Shown: one piece after another, positions 1-9,431 of the stretch
Layout of the letters: each line of letters opens with the position of its first letter
Numbering within the stretch: position 1 is the first letter of the stretch
Source of the DNA: Anaeromyxobacter sp.
Lineage (GTDB): Bacteria; Myxococcota; Myxococcia; Myxococcales; Anaeromyxobacteraceae
Direction of reading: 5' to 3'
Length of the DNA stretch: 64,000 nucleotides
Assembly (NCBI GenBank): GCA_049840735.1
Contig: JASGJN010000026.1
Location: forward strand, 512,001 to 576,000
Translations under genes and position numbers: made by a program
The notes under the pieces: generated by a model
What the model saw: the letters and a program-made list of their open reading frames with translations, nothing else
What the model was told of the DNA's origin: nothing
Databases searched by the model: none

Positions 1-775
1 AGGAGGAGAGCAGCAGCACCGCCGCGATGGCCGCCGCGCCGCCGTAGTCGAACTGCTCCAGCCGCGTCATGATCAGCAGCGGGGCGATCTCGGTCTTGCC
101 CGGCATGTTGCCGGAGATGAAGACCACCGAGCCGTACTCGCCCAGGGCCCGGGCGAAGGCCAGGGCGAAGCCGGTCAGCGCCGGCGGCGCCAGGGCCGGC
201 AGCAGCACCCGGCGGAAGGTCTGCCAGCGCGAGGCGCCCAGCACCGCCGCCGCCTCCTCGATCTCCGGGTCCAGGTCCTCCAGCACCGGCTGGATGGTCC
301 GGACCACGAAGGGGAGGCCGATGAAGGCGAGGGCCACGAAGACGCCCAGCGCCGAGTAGGTGACCTTGATGCCCAGCGGCGCCAGCCACCGCCCCAGCCA
401 GCCGTTGGGCGCGTAGACCGCGGTCAGCGCGATGCCGCTCACCGCCGTGGGGAGCGCGAAGGGGAGGTCCACCAGCGCGTCCACCAGCGCGCGCCCCGGG
501 AACGGGTAGCGGGCCAGCACCCAGGCGATGAGGCCGCCCACGCCCACGTTGGCCGCGGCCGCCAGCAGCGAGATCCCGAAGCTGAGCCGGTAGGAGGCCA
601 GCGCCCGCGGCGAGGCGATCACCGCCCAGGCCTGCTCCCAGGTGAGGGTGGCCGACTTGAAGGCCAGCGTGGAGAGCGGCACCAGCACCACCAGGCAGAG
701 GTAGAGCACGGTGAAGCCGGTGGAGAGGCCGAAGCCGGGCAGGGCGCCGCGGCGGCTGCGGGCGGCGGCGCTCAC
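1..775 (-). CDS. cysT: Sulfate ABC transporter permease (3' end runs off the window)
   Basis: Translated by hand from GTG overlapping the cysC stop: [26 protein letters not shown]...[12 protein letters not shown]...[10 protein letters not shown]...[24 protein letters not shown], CysT signature segments. Confidence 0.92.
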   Translation of the reverse strand, partial: MSAAARSRRGALPGFGLSTGFTVLYLCLVVLVPLSTLAFKSATLTWEQAWAVIASPRALASYRLSFGISLLAAAANVGVGGLIAWVLARYPFPGRALVDALVDLPFALPTAVSGIALTAVYAPNGWLGRWLAPLGIKVTYSALGVFVALAFIGLPFVVRTIQPVLEDLDPEIEEAAAVLGASRWQTFRRVLLPALAPPALTGFALAFARALGEYGSVVFISGNMPGKTEIAPLLIMTRLEQFDYGGAAAIAAVLLLSS

Positions 776-1365
776 GCGGCGCTCGCCTCGGCGGGCGGCC
801 CCGCGTCGGCGGCGGTCGCGCCGGCCGCCAGCAGGCCGCGCGCGCGCAGGTGCTCGAGGATGCGCTCCGCCGACGCGTCCACCGGCTCGGCGTCGGTGTG
901 CACGCGGACGTCCGGCGCCTCCGGCGCCTCGTAGGGATCCGACACGCCGGTGAAGTGGGGCAGCTCGCCGGCCAGCGCCCTGGCGTAGAGGCCCTTCACG
1001 TCGCGGCGGGCCAGCGCCTCCAGCGCCGCGGCGACGTGCACCTCCACGAACGGCAGGCCCTCGGCCTCGGCCGCCCGCCGCACCTCGGCGCGGGTGGCCG
1101 CGTAGGGCGAGATGGCGGCGGTGATCACCGCCACGCCGTGGCGGGCCAGCAGCCGCGCCACGAACCCGATGCGCCGGATGTTTGTGTCGCGGTCCTCGCG
1201 CGAGAAGCCCAGCCCCGCCGAGAGGAAGGTGCGGACCTCGTCGCCGTCCAGCACCTCCACCGGCAGCTGCGCCTGGAGGGCCGGCCGCAGCCTGGCGGAG
1301 AGCGTGCTCTTGCCGGCGCCGGAGAGGCCGGTGAGCCAGAGGATGAAGCCGGTGGGGCGGCTCAT
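772..1365 (-). CDS. cysC: Adenylyl-sulfate (APS) kinase
   Basis: C-terminal part of ORF 772..4161: [13 protein letters not shown]-loop, [25 protein letters not shown]. Confidence 0.95.
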   Translation of the reverse strand: MSRPTGFILWLTGLSGAGKSTLSARLRPALQAQLPVEVLDGDEVRTFLSAGLGFSREDRDTNIRRIGFVARLLARHGVAVITAAISPYAATRAEVRRAAEAEGLPFVEVHVAAALEALARRDVKGLYARALAGELPHFTGVSDPYEAPEAPDVRVHTDAEPVDASAERILEHLRARGLLAAGATAADAGPPAEASAA

Positions 1366-2061
1366 GGGCGGGTGTCCTTCCTGTGCAGGCCGCACTCGGT
1401 CTTCTCGCGCCCGCGCCAGCGGCCGGCGCGCGGGTCCTCGCCCGGGGCGACCGGGGTGGTGCAGGGGGCGCAGCCGATCGAGGCGTAGCCCTCGGCGTGC
1501 AGCGGGTTCGTGGGCACCTGGCGCTCGCGCAGGCGCGCCCAGACCTGGTCGTGGGTCCAGGCCACCAGCGGGTTCACCTTCACCAGGCCGAACCTCTCGT
1601 CCCACTCCACCACCTGCGCCCCGGCGCGGTCCGGCGTCTGGTCGCGGCGGATGGCGGTGACCCAGGCGTCCAGCCCGGTCAGCGCGGCGCGCAGCGGCCG
1701 GACCTTGCGTGCCTCGCAGCAGGCGTCCGGGTCGCGCTCCCAGGGCGGCGGCTGGCCCGGGATCAGGGCCGGGGCGTCGGCCCCCTTCACGCCGCGGATG
1801 GTGAGCCCGTAGCGGGCCTCCAGCTCGGTCCAGAGCGCGTAGGTCTGGGCGAAGAGGAAGCCGGTGTCGAGCGTGAAGACGTCCACCGGCGCGCGGGCCG
1901 CGGCGATGGCGTCCACGATCAGGCAGCCCTCGGCGCCGAAGCCGGTGGCGAAGGCGATGCGCGGGAAGCGGGCCGCGGCGGCGGCCAGGATCTCCTCCGG
2001 CGCCTTCCCCTCCAGCGCCTCCGCCAGCGCCGCCAGCGCGGCCGGAATCCGGCGCGCTCAC
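1362..2061 (-). CDS. cysH: APS/PAPS reductase (Fe-S type); apparent 1-nt frameshift near 2046
   Basis: [19 protein letters not shown] and ECGLH motifs. Deleting one base of GAATC (2045-2049) joins GTG 2061 (overlapping cysN stop) to the ORF. Confidence 0.9.
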
Positions 2062-3332
2062 AGGATCATCCCCGCGCCGGCGGTGTCGTTGGTGGCCTCG
2101 TCGATCACGATGAAGGCGCCGGTGGCCCGGCTGTGCTCGTAGCGGTCGGCCGCCACCGGCTGGGCCAGCTTCCAGCGCAGCCGCCCGATGTCGTTCATGC
2201 CCAGGGTCTCGGCCGGCCCCTGGGTGAGCGCGCCCAGGTCCACCTTCCAGTCGATGACCTCCAGCTGGGCGCGGACCTCGCGCGCGCCGTGGCGGATCAG
2301 GTAGCGGCGCGCCGGCGTGAGCGGGCGCTCGGAGAGCCAGCAGACCATGGCCTGCAGCGCGCGGGTGGGCTCGGGGCCGTCGCCCGGCCGCACCAGCACG
2401 TCGCCGCGGCTGACGTCGATCTCGTCCTCCAGCGTGAGCATCACCGACTGCTCGCTCACCGCCCGCGCCAGCGCGACGTCCCCCAGCCGGAGCTCCTTCA
2501 CCCGCGAGGCGCGGCCGGAGGGGAGCACCTGCACCGGGTCGCCCACCGCCACCTCGCCGGCCTCGACGCGGCCGGCGAAGCCGCGGAAGTCGTGGTGCGC
2601 GTCGCTGTGCGGGCGGCAGACCCACTGCACCGGGAAGCGGAAGGCCTCGCCCGACTCGGTGTGGGCGGCCGGGGCCTCCTCGAGCGTCTCCAGCAGCGTC
2701 GGGCCGCGGTACCAGTCCAGGTTCGCGCCGCGCTCCACCACCATGTCCCCGGTGAGCGCCGAGACGGGGATGAAGCGCACGTCGGCGATCCCCAGCTTCC
2801 CGGCGAAGGCCTGGAACTCGTGGCGGATGCGCTGGAAGGTCTCGGCCGACCAGCCCACCAGGTCCATCTTGTTCACCACGATCACCAGGTGCGGGATGCC
2901 GACCAGGTGGGCGATGTACGCGTGGCGCCGGGTCTGCGTGACCACGCCCTTGCGCGCGTCCACCAGGATCAGCGCCAGGTGGGCGGTGGAGGCGGCGGTC
3001 ACCATGTTGCGGGTGTACTGCTCGTGCCCCGGCGCGTCGGCGATGACGTACTTGCGCGTGCCGGTGGAGAAGTAGCGGTGCGCCACGTCGATGGTGATCC
3101 CCTGCTCGCGCTCGGCCTGCAGGCCGTCGGTGAGCAGCGAGAGGTCCATCGCCTCCAGGCCGCGCCGCCGCGAGGTGGCGGCGATGGCGTGGAGCGTGTC
3201 GGCCAGGATGGAGCGGGTGTCCAGCAGCAGCCGCCCGATGAGCGTGCTCTTGCCGTCGTCCACCGAGCCGCAGGTGGTGAAGCGGAGCACGCCCAGGTCC
3301 GGGGCGCCGGGGAGGTTCTCGGCGGGGAGCAT
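2058..3332 (-). CDS. cysN: Sulfate adenylyltransferase large (GTPase) subunit
   Basis: [42 protein letters not shown]. Confidence 0.96.
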   Translation of the reverse strand: MLPAENLPGAPDLGVLRFTTCGSVDDGKSTLIGRLLLDTRSILADTLHAIAATSRRRGLEAMDLSLLTDGLQAEREQGITIDVAHRYFSTGTRKYVIADAPGHEQYTRNMVTAASTAHLALILVDARKGVVTQTRRHAYIAHLVGIPHLVIVVNKMDLVGWSAETFQRIRHEFQAFAGKLGIADVRFIPVSALTGDMVVERGANLDWYRGPTLLETLEEAPAAHTESGEAFRFPVQWVCRPHSDAHHDFRGFAGRVEAGEVAVGDPVQVLPSGRASRVKELRLGDVALARAVSEQSVMLTLEDEIDVSRGDVLVRPGDGPEPTRALQAMVCWLSERPLTPARRYLIRHGAREVRAQLEVIDWKVDLGALTQGPAETLGMNDIGRLRWKLAQPVAADRYEHSRATGAFIVIDEATNDTAGAGMIL

Positions 3333-4301
3333 CTAGAAGTACCCTTCCTTCTTGCGCTGCTCCATCGACGCCTCGGAGGCCTGGTCGTCCAGGCGGGTGG
3401 CGCCGCGCTCGGTGAGCGTGGTCACGGCGGTCTCGGCGATGATCTCGTCCACCGTGCGGGCGGCGGACTCCACCGGCGCGGTGCAGGTGATGTCGCCCAC
3501 GGTGCGGAAGCGGACCGAGAGCTCCTCGACGGCGTCGCCCGGGCGCGCCGGCGTGACCGGCGTGACCGGGACCAGCGCGCCGCCGCGGCGGACCACCGGG
3601 CGGCGGTGGGCGAAGTAGATGGAGGGCAGCGGGAGCGCCTCGCGGCCGATGTACTGCCACACGTCCAGCTCCGTCCAGTTGGAGAGCGGGAAGGCGCGGA
3701 TGTTCTCCCCCTTGCGGATCCGGGCGTTGTAGAGCGACCAGAGCTCCGGCCGCTGGTTCTTGGGGTCCCAGGTGCCGAACTCGTCGCGGAAGGAGAAGAC
3801 GCGCTCCTTGGCGCGGGCCTTCTCCTCGTCGCGGCGCGCGCCGCCGATGCAGGCGTCGAGGCCGAGCTCGGCGATGGCGTCGAGCAGCGTGACCGACTGG
3901 TGCCGGTTGCGCGGCTCGTCCTCGCGCGCCAGCACCACCCGCCCCTGCCGGATCGAGTCCTCGACCGACCGGACCAGCAGCCGCTCGCCCAGCTCGGCGG
4001 CCCGGCGATCGCGGTAGGCGATCACCTCCGGGTAGTTGTGGCCGGTGTCGATGTGGAGCAGCGGGAAGGGGAAGCGGGCCGGCCGGAACGCCTTCTCCGC
4101 CAGCCGCAGCAGGACGATGGAGTCCTTGCCGCCGGAGAAGAGGAGCGCCGGGTTGGTGCACTGGCCGGCCACCTCCCGCAGGACGTGGATGGCCTCGGCC
4201 TCCAGCAGGTCGAGGTGGGGCAGGGGCGCCCGCCGGGCGGTGGACCGGGCGGTGGCGCGCGGAGCCTTGGGCTCCGGAGTTGCGAGCAGGGTGTCCGTCA
4301 T
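3333..4301 (-). CDS. cysD: Sulfate adenylyltransferase small subunit
   Basis: [30 protein letters not shown]-terminal KKEGYF; start could be 4301 or 4316. Confidence 0.96.
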   Translation of the reverse strand: MTDTLLATPEPKAPRATARSTARRAPLPHLDLLEAEAIHVLREVAGQCTNPALLFSGGKDSIVLLRLAEKAFRPARFPFPLLHIDTGHNYPEVIAYRDRRAAELGERLLVRSVEDSIRQGRVVLAREDEPRNRHQSVTLLDAIAELGLDACIGGARRDEEKARAKERVFSFRDEFGTWDPKNQRPELWSLYNARIRKGENIRAFPLSNWTELDVWQYIGREALPLPSIYFAHRRPVVRRGGALVPVTPVTPARPGDAVEELSVRFRTVGDITCTAPVESAARTVDEIIAETAVTTLTERGATRLDDQASEASMEQRKKEGYF

Positions 4302-4468
4302 AACAGATACGGCCATCCTATGGAGCGGAGCGGCGTCTAGTCAAGCGGACGCAGCGGCCCTGGCCCGGCCCTCCTCGGGGAGGGCTGGGGCGCAGCGATG
4401 CCGTGCAGGTGCGGCGATCCGCGTGGGGTACCCCAGTTGACAGCCGACCGCCGGCATGCAGGATGGGT

Positions 4469-4484
4469 GTCCGTTATAACGGAC
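4469..4484. promoter_or_regulatory. Palindromic operator candidate in the cysD/sbp divergent region
   Basis: Perfect 16-bp palindrome GTCCGTTATAACGGAC; 13/16 copy at 4293-4308 over the cysD start. Confidence 0.6.
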
Positions 4485-4526
4485 GAGCGGCGGACGCCGT
4501 CACGGACGCAACCGGAGGAGAGGATC

Positions 4527-5559
4527 ATGACGACGAGGACCTGGAGGCAGGTGGTGGCGGCGGCGGCCCTGGCCACGGCGGCCGTGCTGGCGCCGGCGGC
4601 GGCGAAGGCGCAGCAGGGCGGGCCGGTGCAGCTGCTCAACGTGTCGTACGACCCCACGCGCGAGCTGTACGAGGCCGTGAACGCGGTCTTCGTGAAGCAC
4701 TGGAAGGCGAAGACCGGGCAGGACCTGACGGTGAAGCAGTCGCACGGCGGCTCGGGCAAGCAGGCCCGCGCGGTGATCGACGGGCTGGAGGCCGACGTGG
4801 TCACGCTGGCCCTGGCCTACGACGTGGACGCGGTGGCCAGGTCCGGCCTGCTGGACGCCGGCTGGCAGAGGCGGCTGCCGCGCAACGCCTCGCCCTACAC
4901 CTCCACCATCGTCTTCCTGGTGCGCAAGGGGAACCCCAAGGGCATCAGGTCCTGGGACGACCTGGTGAAGCCGGGCGTGCAGGTGATCACGCCCAACCCC
5001 AAGACCTCCGGCGGCGCGCGCTGGAACTACCTGGCCGCCTGGGGCTGGGCCCGCAAGAAGAAGGGGCTGGACGACGCCGGCGCCCGCGGCTTCGTGGGCG
5101 CGCTCTACAAGAACGTGCCGGTGCTCGACTCCGGCGCCCGCGGCTCCACCACCACCTTCGTCGAGCGCGGCCTGGGCGACGTGCTCCTGGCCTGGGAGAA
5201 CGAGGCCTACCTGGCGGTGGACCAGCTGGGCGCCGGGCAGCTCGAGGTGGTGGTGCCCTCCTTCTCGGTGCTGGCCGAGCCGCCGGTGGCGGTGGTGGAC
5301 AAGAACGTGGACCGGCACGGCACCCGCGCCGTGGCCCAGGCCTACCTCGAGTTCCTCTACACGCCCGAGGCGCAGGCGCTGGCGGCCAGGCACGGCTACC
5401 GCCCCGGCGATCCGGCCGTGGCCGCCAAGCAGACCCGCTTCCCGAAGCTGGAGCTGGTCACCGTCGACGATCCGCTCTTCGGCGGCTGGCAGAAGGCGCA
5501 GGCCGCCCACTTCGCCGACGGCGGCGTGTTCGACCAGAATCTACGCGCCCGGCAACTAG
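4527..5559 (+). CDS. sbp: Sulfate ABC transporter substrate-binding protein; apparent 1-nt frameshift near 5538
   Basis: [38 protein letters not shown]. Removing one A from GAATC (5537-5541) gives the typical end GGVFDQIYAPGN*. Confidence 0.94.
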
Positions 5560-5613
5560 CAGCGAGCCGTTCAACCCGAGCACCCACCCGCACGATCAAC
5601 AGGAGCTGACCCC

Positions 5614-6825
5614 GTGAAGAAGACCCGCACCCTCCCCCTCGCCGCAGCGGCCGCGCTGGCCCTGCTGGGCGGCCGTGCCCAGGCGCAGTCCGAGCAGTCC
5701 CAGCCCGTCGCGCCCGCACCCCCCCCTGCCGCCGCACAGCCGGCACCCGCCGCGCCGGCTCCGGCCCCTGCGCCCGTCACCGCCCCGGCGGCGGCCAAGC
5801 CCGCCTCCAAGGGCCCACAGCTCTACGGCTTCGTCCAGCTGCAGCTCTCGCAGCTCAAGCCGCCCAGCCCGGCCCACGACAGCTCCACCTTCGAGGTCCG
5901 TCGCGCGCGGCTCGGCGCCAGGGGCGATCTGACCGGGCAGATCGGCTACGCCGCCATCTACGACTTCGCCGACTCCTCGCTCAAGGACGCCGTCATCGCC
6001 GGCAAGAACCTGGGCTGGGCGCCCGGCGTCGAGCTGCGCTTCGGCCAGTTCAAGACGCCGTTCGGCTGGGAGCAGCCCGAGTCGGACTACAAGCTGCTCT
6101 GGGTCTACAGCTCCTACGTGGTGCAGGCGCTGGCCCGCTCCACCACCACCTCCTCGGTCACCGCCACCCCCGACGCGCGCGACATCGGGGCCCAGCTCCT
6201 GGGCAAGTGGGGCGGGCCGGCGCTGACCGGCGAGCTGACCGCGGCCGTCACCAACGGCGCGGGCCCGAACCGCAAGGACGACCTCGACCGGAAGAACCTG
6301 TGGGGCCGCGCCGGCCTGGCCGGCAAGCTCGGCCCGGTCAGCCTCCGCGGCGGCGTCTCCTACGCCCACGGCCGGCAGCTGGCCGGGCTGGGCGCCAACG
6401 CCAAGTTCGACGGCGTGGGCACGTTCACCGACGACACCTTCTTCGACTTCGACACGGTGGGCGGCGACGTCGAGCTGGACAGCAAGTGGCTGTTCGTGGC
6501 GGCGGAGTACATCCAGTCGGATCGCGATCAGTCGGTCTACGCGGCCGGCGTGGCCACCGAGACCTCCTACAAGGCGCGCGGCTGGTACGCCGGCGCGTAC
6601 GGCAAGACGCCGTGGCGGGTGGGCCCCGTCGTCCGGGTCGAGCAGTACGACCGGAACCGCTCCACCGACGACGACACCGCGGAGCGCTACACGCTCGGCC
6701 TCTACTACGACCTCGACCAGGTCCCGGTGAACACCCGGCTCATCTTCAACTACGAGCTGGACCAGTCCGACGACGGCGTGAAGGTCGGCGACCGGGCTGT
6801 CCTGCTCGGTCAGGTGATCTTCTAG
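5614..6825 (+). CDS. Outer-membrane porin, OprO/OprP-like
   Basis: Signal peptide, Pro/Ala linker, FEVRRARLG and RFGQFKTPFG motifs, C-terminal Phe. Confidence 0.75.
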   Translation: MKKTRTLPLAAAAALALLGGRAQAQSEQSQPVAPAPPPAAAQPAPAAPAPAPAPVTAPAAAKPASKGPQLYGFVQLQLSQLKPPSPAHDSSTFEVRRARLGARGDLTGQIGYAAIYDFADSSLKDAVIAGKNLGWAPGVELRFGQFKTPFGWEQPESDYKLLWVYSSYVVQALARSTTTSSVTATPDARDIGAQLLGKWGGPALTGELTAAVTNGAGPNRKDDLDRKNLWGRAGLAGKLGPVSLRGGVSYAHGRQLAGLGANAKFDGVGTFTDDTFFDFDTVGGDVELDSKWLFVAAEYIQSDRDQSVYAAGVATETSYKARGWYAGAYGKTPWRVGPVVRVEQYDRNRSTDDDTAERYTLGLYYDLDQVPVNTRLIFNYELDQSDDGVKVGDRAVLLGQVIF

Positions 6826-7098
6826 GCGGGGCCTGCGCCCCTCCCCCAGCTTTGCTGGGGCCCCCACCCTGCGAGCCGATTCATGCTCGCTCGACGGGCG
6901 AGCGCGGCCCCGGTCCTCTTCCCTGGGAGGCCGGGGCCGCTGCTCGGGTTCGTCGCGGGGCGCCCGTGTCGGGTGATCACTGCACGCCCGGCCCCGGGTC
7001 CACCCACCCCCGCGTTCCGGGGCTTCCACCCCGCCTCCCTGCTGTCGGAAGATGACCCTTCGGCCGTCAGGCGGCCGCTGCAGGCAGCGGGGGTGGTC

Positions 7099-7893
7099 AT
7101 GGGCGTGGCTTCTTCGCGGTTCGCCGTCTTCGGCGTGGGCTCGCACCTGGTCGGCATCCCGGCCGACCGGGTGAAGGAGATGTTCGTCCTCCCCGAGATC
7201 CGGGTGCCGCCCGGCATCCCCGCGCACCAGCGCGGCGTGGCCCGGCTGCGCGGCTCGGTCCTCCCCGCCATCGACCTGCGGGTCTGCCTCGGCCTCACCT
7301 CGTCAGGGGTCGAGGTGGACGCGTTCGTGCAGCTGCTGGTCGATCGCGAGCAGGACCACCGCAGCTGGCTGGGGGAGCTGGAGGCGTGCGTGCGCGAGGG
7401 GCGCAAGTTCACGCTCGCCACCGACCCGCGCCAGTGCAGGTTCGGCAAGTGGTACTACGGCTTCAAGACCGACGACCCGGTGCTGCGCATGGCGCTGGAC
7501 GCCTTCGAGCAGCCCCACGCCGACATCCACGGCCTGGCCCAGCAGGCCGAGGCGCTCCTGGCCGAGGGTCACGCCGCCCAGGCGCAGCAGCTGGTGGAGC
7601 GGGCCCGCACCGGCGTGCTGGCGGAGCTGATCGGGATCTTCGCCCGGACCCGCACCCTGGTGCGCGAGCAGCGCAAGGAGGTGGGCGTCACCGTCCAGCT
7701 GGGCGGGCGCGACGCGGCGCTGATCGTGGACCGGGCCGAGGCGGTCACCGAGGTGGAGCCGCTGCCCGAGAAGGACGACCCGCTCCGCGGCGGCGCGCTG
7801 GAGAGCCACCTGGTGGAGCGGATGGGGCGCTGGAAGGGGAGCAACGCCCCCGTGCTGCTGCTCTCGCTGGAGAAGGTGGCGGCGCTGCGGTGA
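7099..7893 (+). CDS. CheW-like protein with an inserted CZB zinc-binding domain
   Basis: CheW N-part (GVARLRGSVLPAIDLR), CZB motif (DHRSW...CRFGKWYY...HADIH), CheW C-part (ALIVDRAEAV). Confidence 0.75.
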   Translation: MGVASSRFAVFGVGSHLVGIPADRVKEMFVLPEIRVPPGIPAHQRGVARLRGSVLPAIDLRVCLGLTSSGVEVDAFVQLLVDREQDHRSWLGELEACVREGRKFTLATDPRQCRFGKWYYGFKTDDPVLRMALDAFEQPHADIHGLAQQAEALLAEGHAAQAQQLVERARTGVLAELIGIFARTRTLVREQRKEVGVTVQLGGRDAALIVDRAEAVTEVEPLPEKDDPLRGGALESHLVERMGRWKGSNAPVLLLSLEKVAALR

Positions 7894-7914
7894 CGCGGGG
7901 GCCCGGCGCCGCAG

Positions 7915-8385
7915 CTACCGGGCAGCGGCGGCGCGCGCCAGGCTGCGCCGCCGGAAGAAGGCGTGCAGCCGGTGCGGGAAGGACTGCTGCGGCAGCACCA
8001 TGAACGGGCAGAGGTCGGTGACCACCTCCGCGCCGGCCTCCGCGCAGCGCGCCAGCGCCGCCGGGCTGGCCGAGCCCGCCCCGGCGCCGCGGTGGAACCA
8101 GTAGCGGCGCAGGCCGGCCGCCAGGCCATCGGCGACCACGCCGTCGGCGGCCTGCGGCGCCACCAGCAGCAGCGCCCAGTCCACCGGAGGGGAGATCGCC
8201 GAGAGGCGCGGGTAGGCGGGCCGCCCGGCCAGCTCCGCGGCCGTGGGGTGGACCGGCACCACCTCCAGCCCGGCCTCCTCCAGCGCCTCCAGGACGCCGT
8301 GGCTGAAGTCCTTCGGATCGCGCGACAGGCCGGCCAGGGCCACGCGGCGGAGCGTGAGGAAGCGGCGGGCGGTCTCGAGCGGCAT
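7915..8385 (-). CDS. CoA-binding domain protein
   Basis: VALAGLSRDP, VVPVHP, C-terminal CPFM typical of small CoA-binding proteins. Confidence 0.8.
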   Translation of the reverse strand: MPLETARRFLTLRRVALAGLSRDPKDFSHGVLEALEEAGLEVVPVHPTAAELAGRPAYPRLSAISPPVDWALLLVAPQAADGVVADGLAAGLRRYWFHRGAGAGSASPAALARCAEAGAEVVTDLCPFMVLPQQSFPHRLHAFFRRRSLARAAAAR

Positions 8386-8464
8386 GGCGGCACCTCAGGC
8401 CCGCAGCGTCGCACCGCTTGTGCCGCTGCGCAACGCGTCTGCGGCGCGGGATCGGGCGCGGCCC

Positions 8465-9191
8465 TCACGCCACCGGCCGCAGGTACCGATCCTGGCACCC
8501 CTCGCAGAAGGTCCACTCCACCGCGGGCGGTGGGGCGCGGACCAGCTCGGGGATGAAGGCCCAGCGCCGGAACGAGCTGGCGGTGGACTGGATTCGAGCG
8601 GCAGCAGGCGCAGGCGCGCAGCGGCCCCTGCCGCTCGCGCGCGGCCAGGGGCTCCACCGCGTGGGCGCGGGTCACCGGCGAGGTGCCCAGCTCCGTCCAG
8701 GTGGCCAGGAGCCCCAGCGCCCGGCCGCCGCGATCCGAGACCCGCTCCAGCCGCGTGGCCAGCAGCCGGACCGCCTCGGGGGTGTTGCACTCGGAGAGCT
8801 CGATCAGCCCGGGCCAGCCGGGGTCGCGCGCGGCGGCCTCCAGCAGCTCACGGTAGTGGGCCTGCACCTCCTCGCCCGCCACGTGCTCCAGCAGCGAGGT
8901 GCCCACCACCTCCGTCCCGGCCGCCGCCGGCAGGCCGCCGTTGGCGGCCGCGAAGCGGTCCCAGGCCCGGTTGACCAGCAGGATCCGGCCGTCCGGATCG
9001 AGGAAGGCGGCGGGGGACGGGCAGCGCTGCAGGCGCCTGCGCGCTCCGGCCAGCGCCTGCGGCGCGGTGCCGAGCGCGATGACGCCGTCCGGTGGGGTGG
9101 CTTGCTTCTCGAGCCGCCCCTCGCGCGCGGAGCGCAGCTGGCCGGCCAGGCGGCGCAGGCAGGCGGGGCAGGTCACGGCCGCGAGGGCCAT
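8465..9191 (-). CDS. PAS-domain protein with C-terminal CxxC...CxxC module; apparent frameshift near 8593
   Basis: LDPDGRILLVNRAW PAS motif. Removing one base of GATTC (8591-8595) gives CACCRSIQ...WTFCEGCQDRYLRPVA*. Confidence 0.6.
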
Positions 9192-9431
9192 GGTCCAGTT
9201 GTAGCTGGGGCCAGCTCCAGGGCACACGCTCCGCTTGGCCGCGGCGCTCCAGAAGTGGACGATCCGCGGTTTTCCCCATCCACCGCGCGCGCTCCTGCCT
9301 GGGGAGAAGAGGCGCCGAACATGCGCCCTCCCATCCGGCAAGGCGTCACCCTCGACGGGGCAGCTAGCGCGGGTCAGGCCGCGGGGGGGCCCCCGGTCAG
9401 CGGGGCACTCCCGCAGCCGCAGCCGATCCGC

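Noticed and set aside
772..4161. 1129-aa ORF that looks like a giant CysC fusion
   Set aside because: Only the last ~197 codons are CysC; the rest is an off-frame read of cysD/N/H
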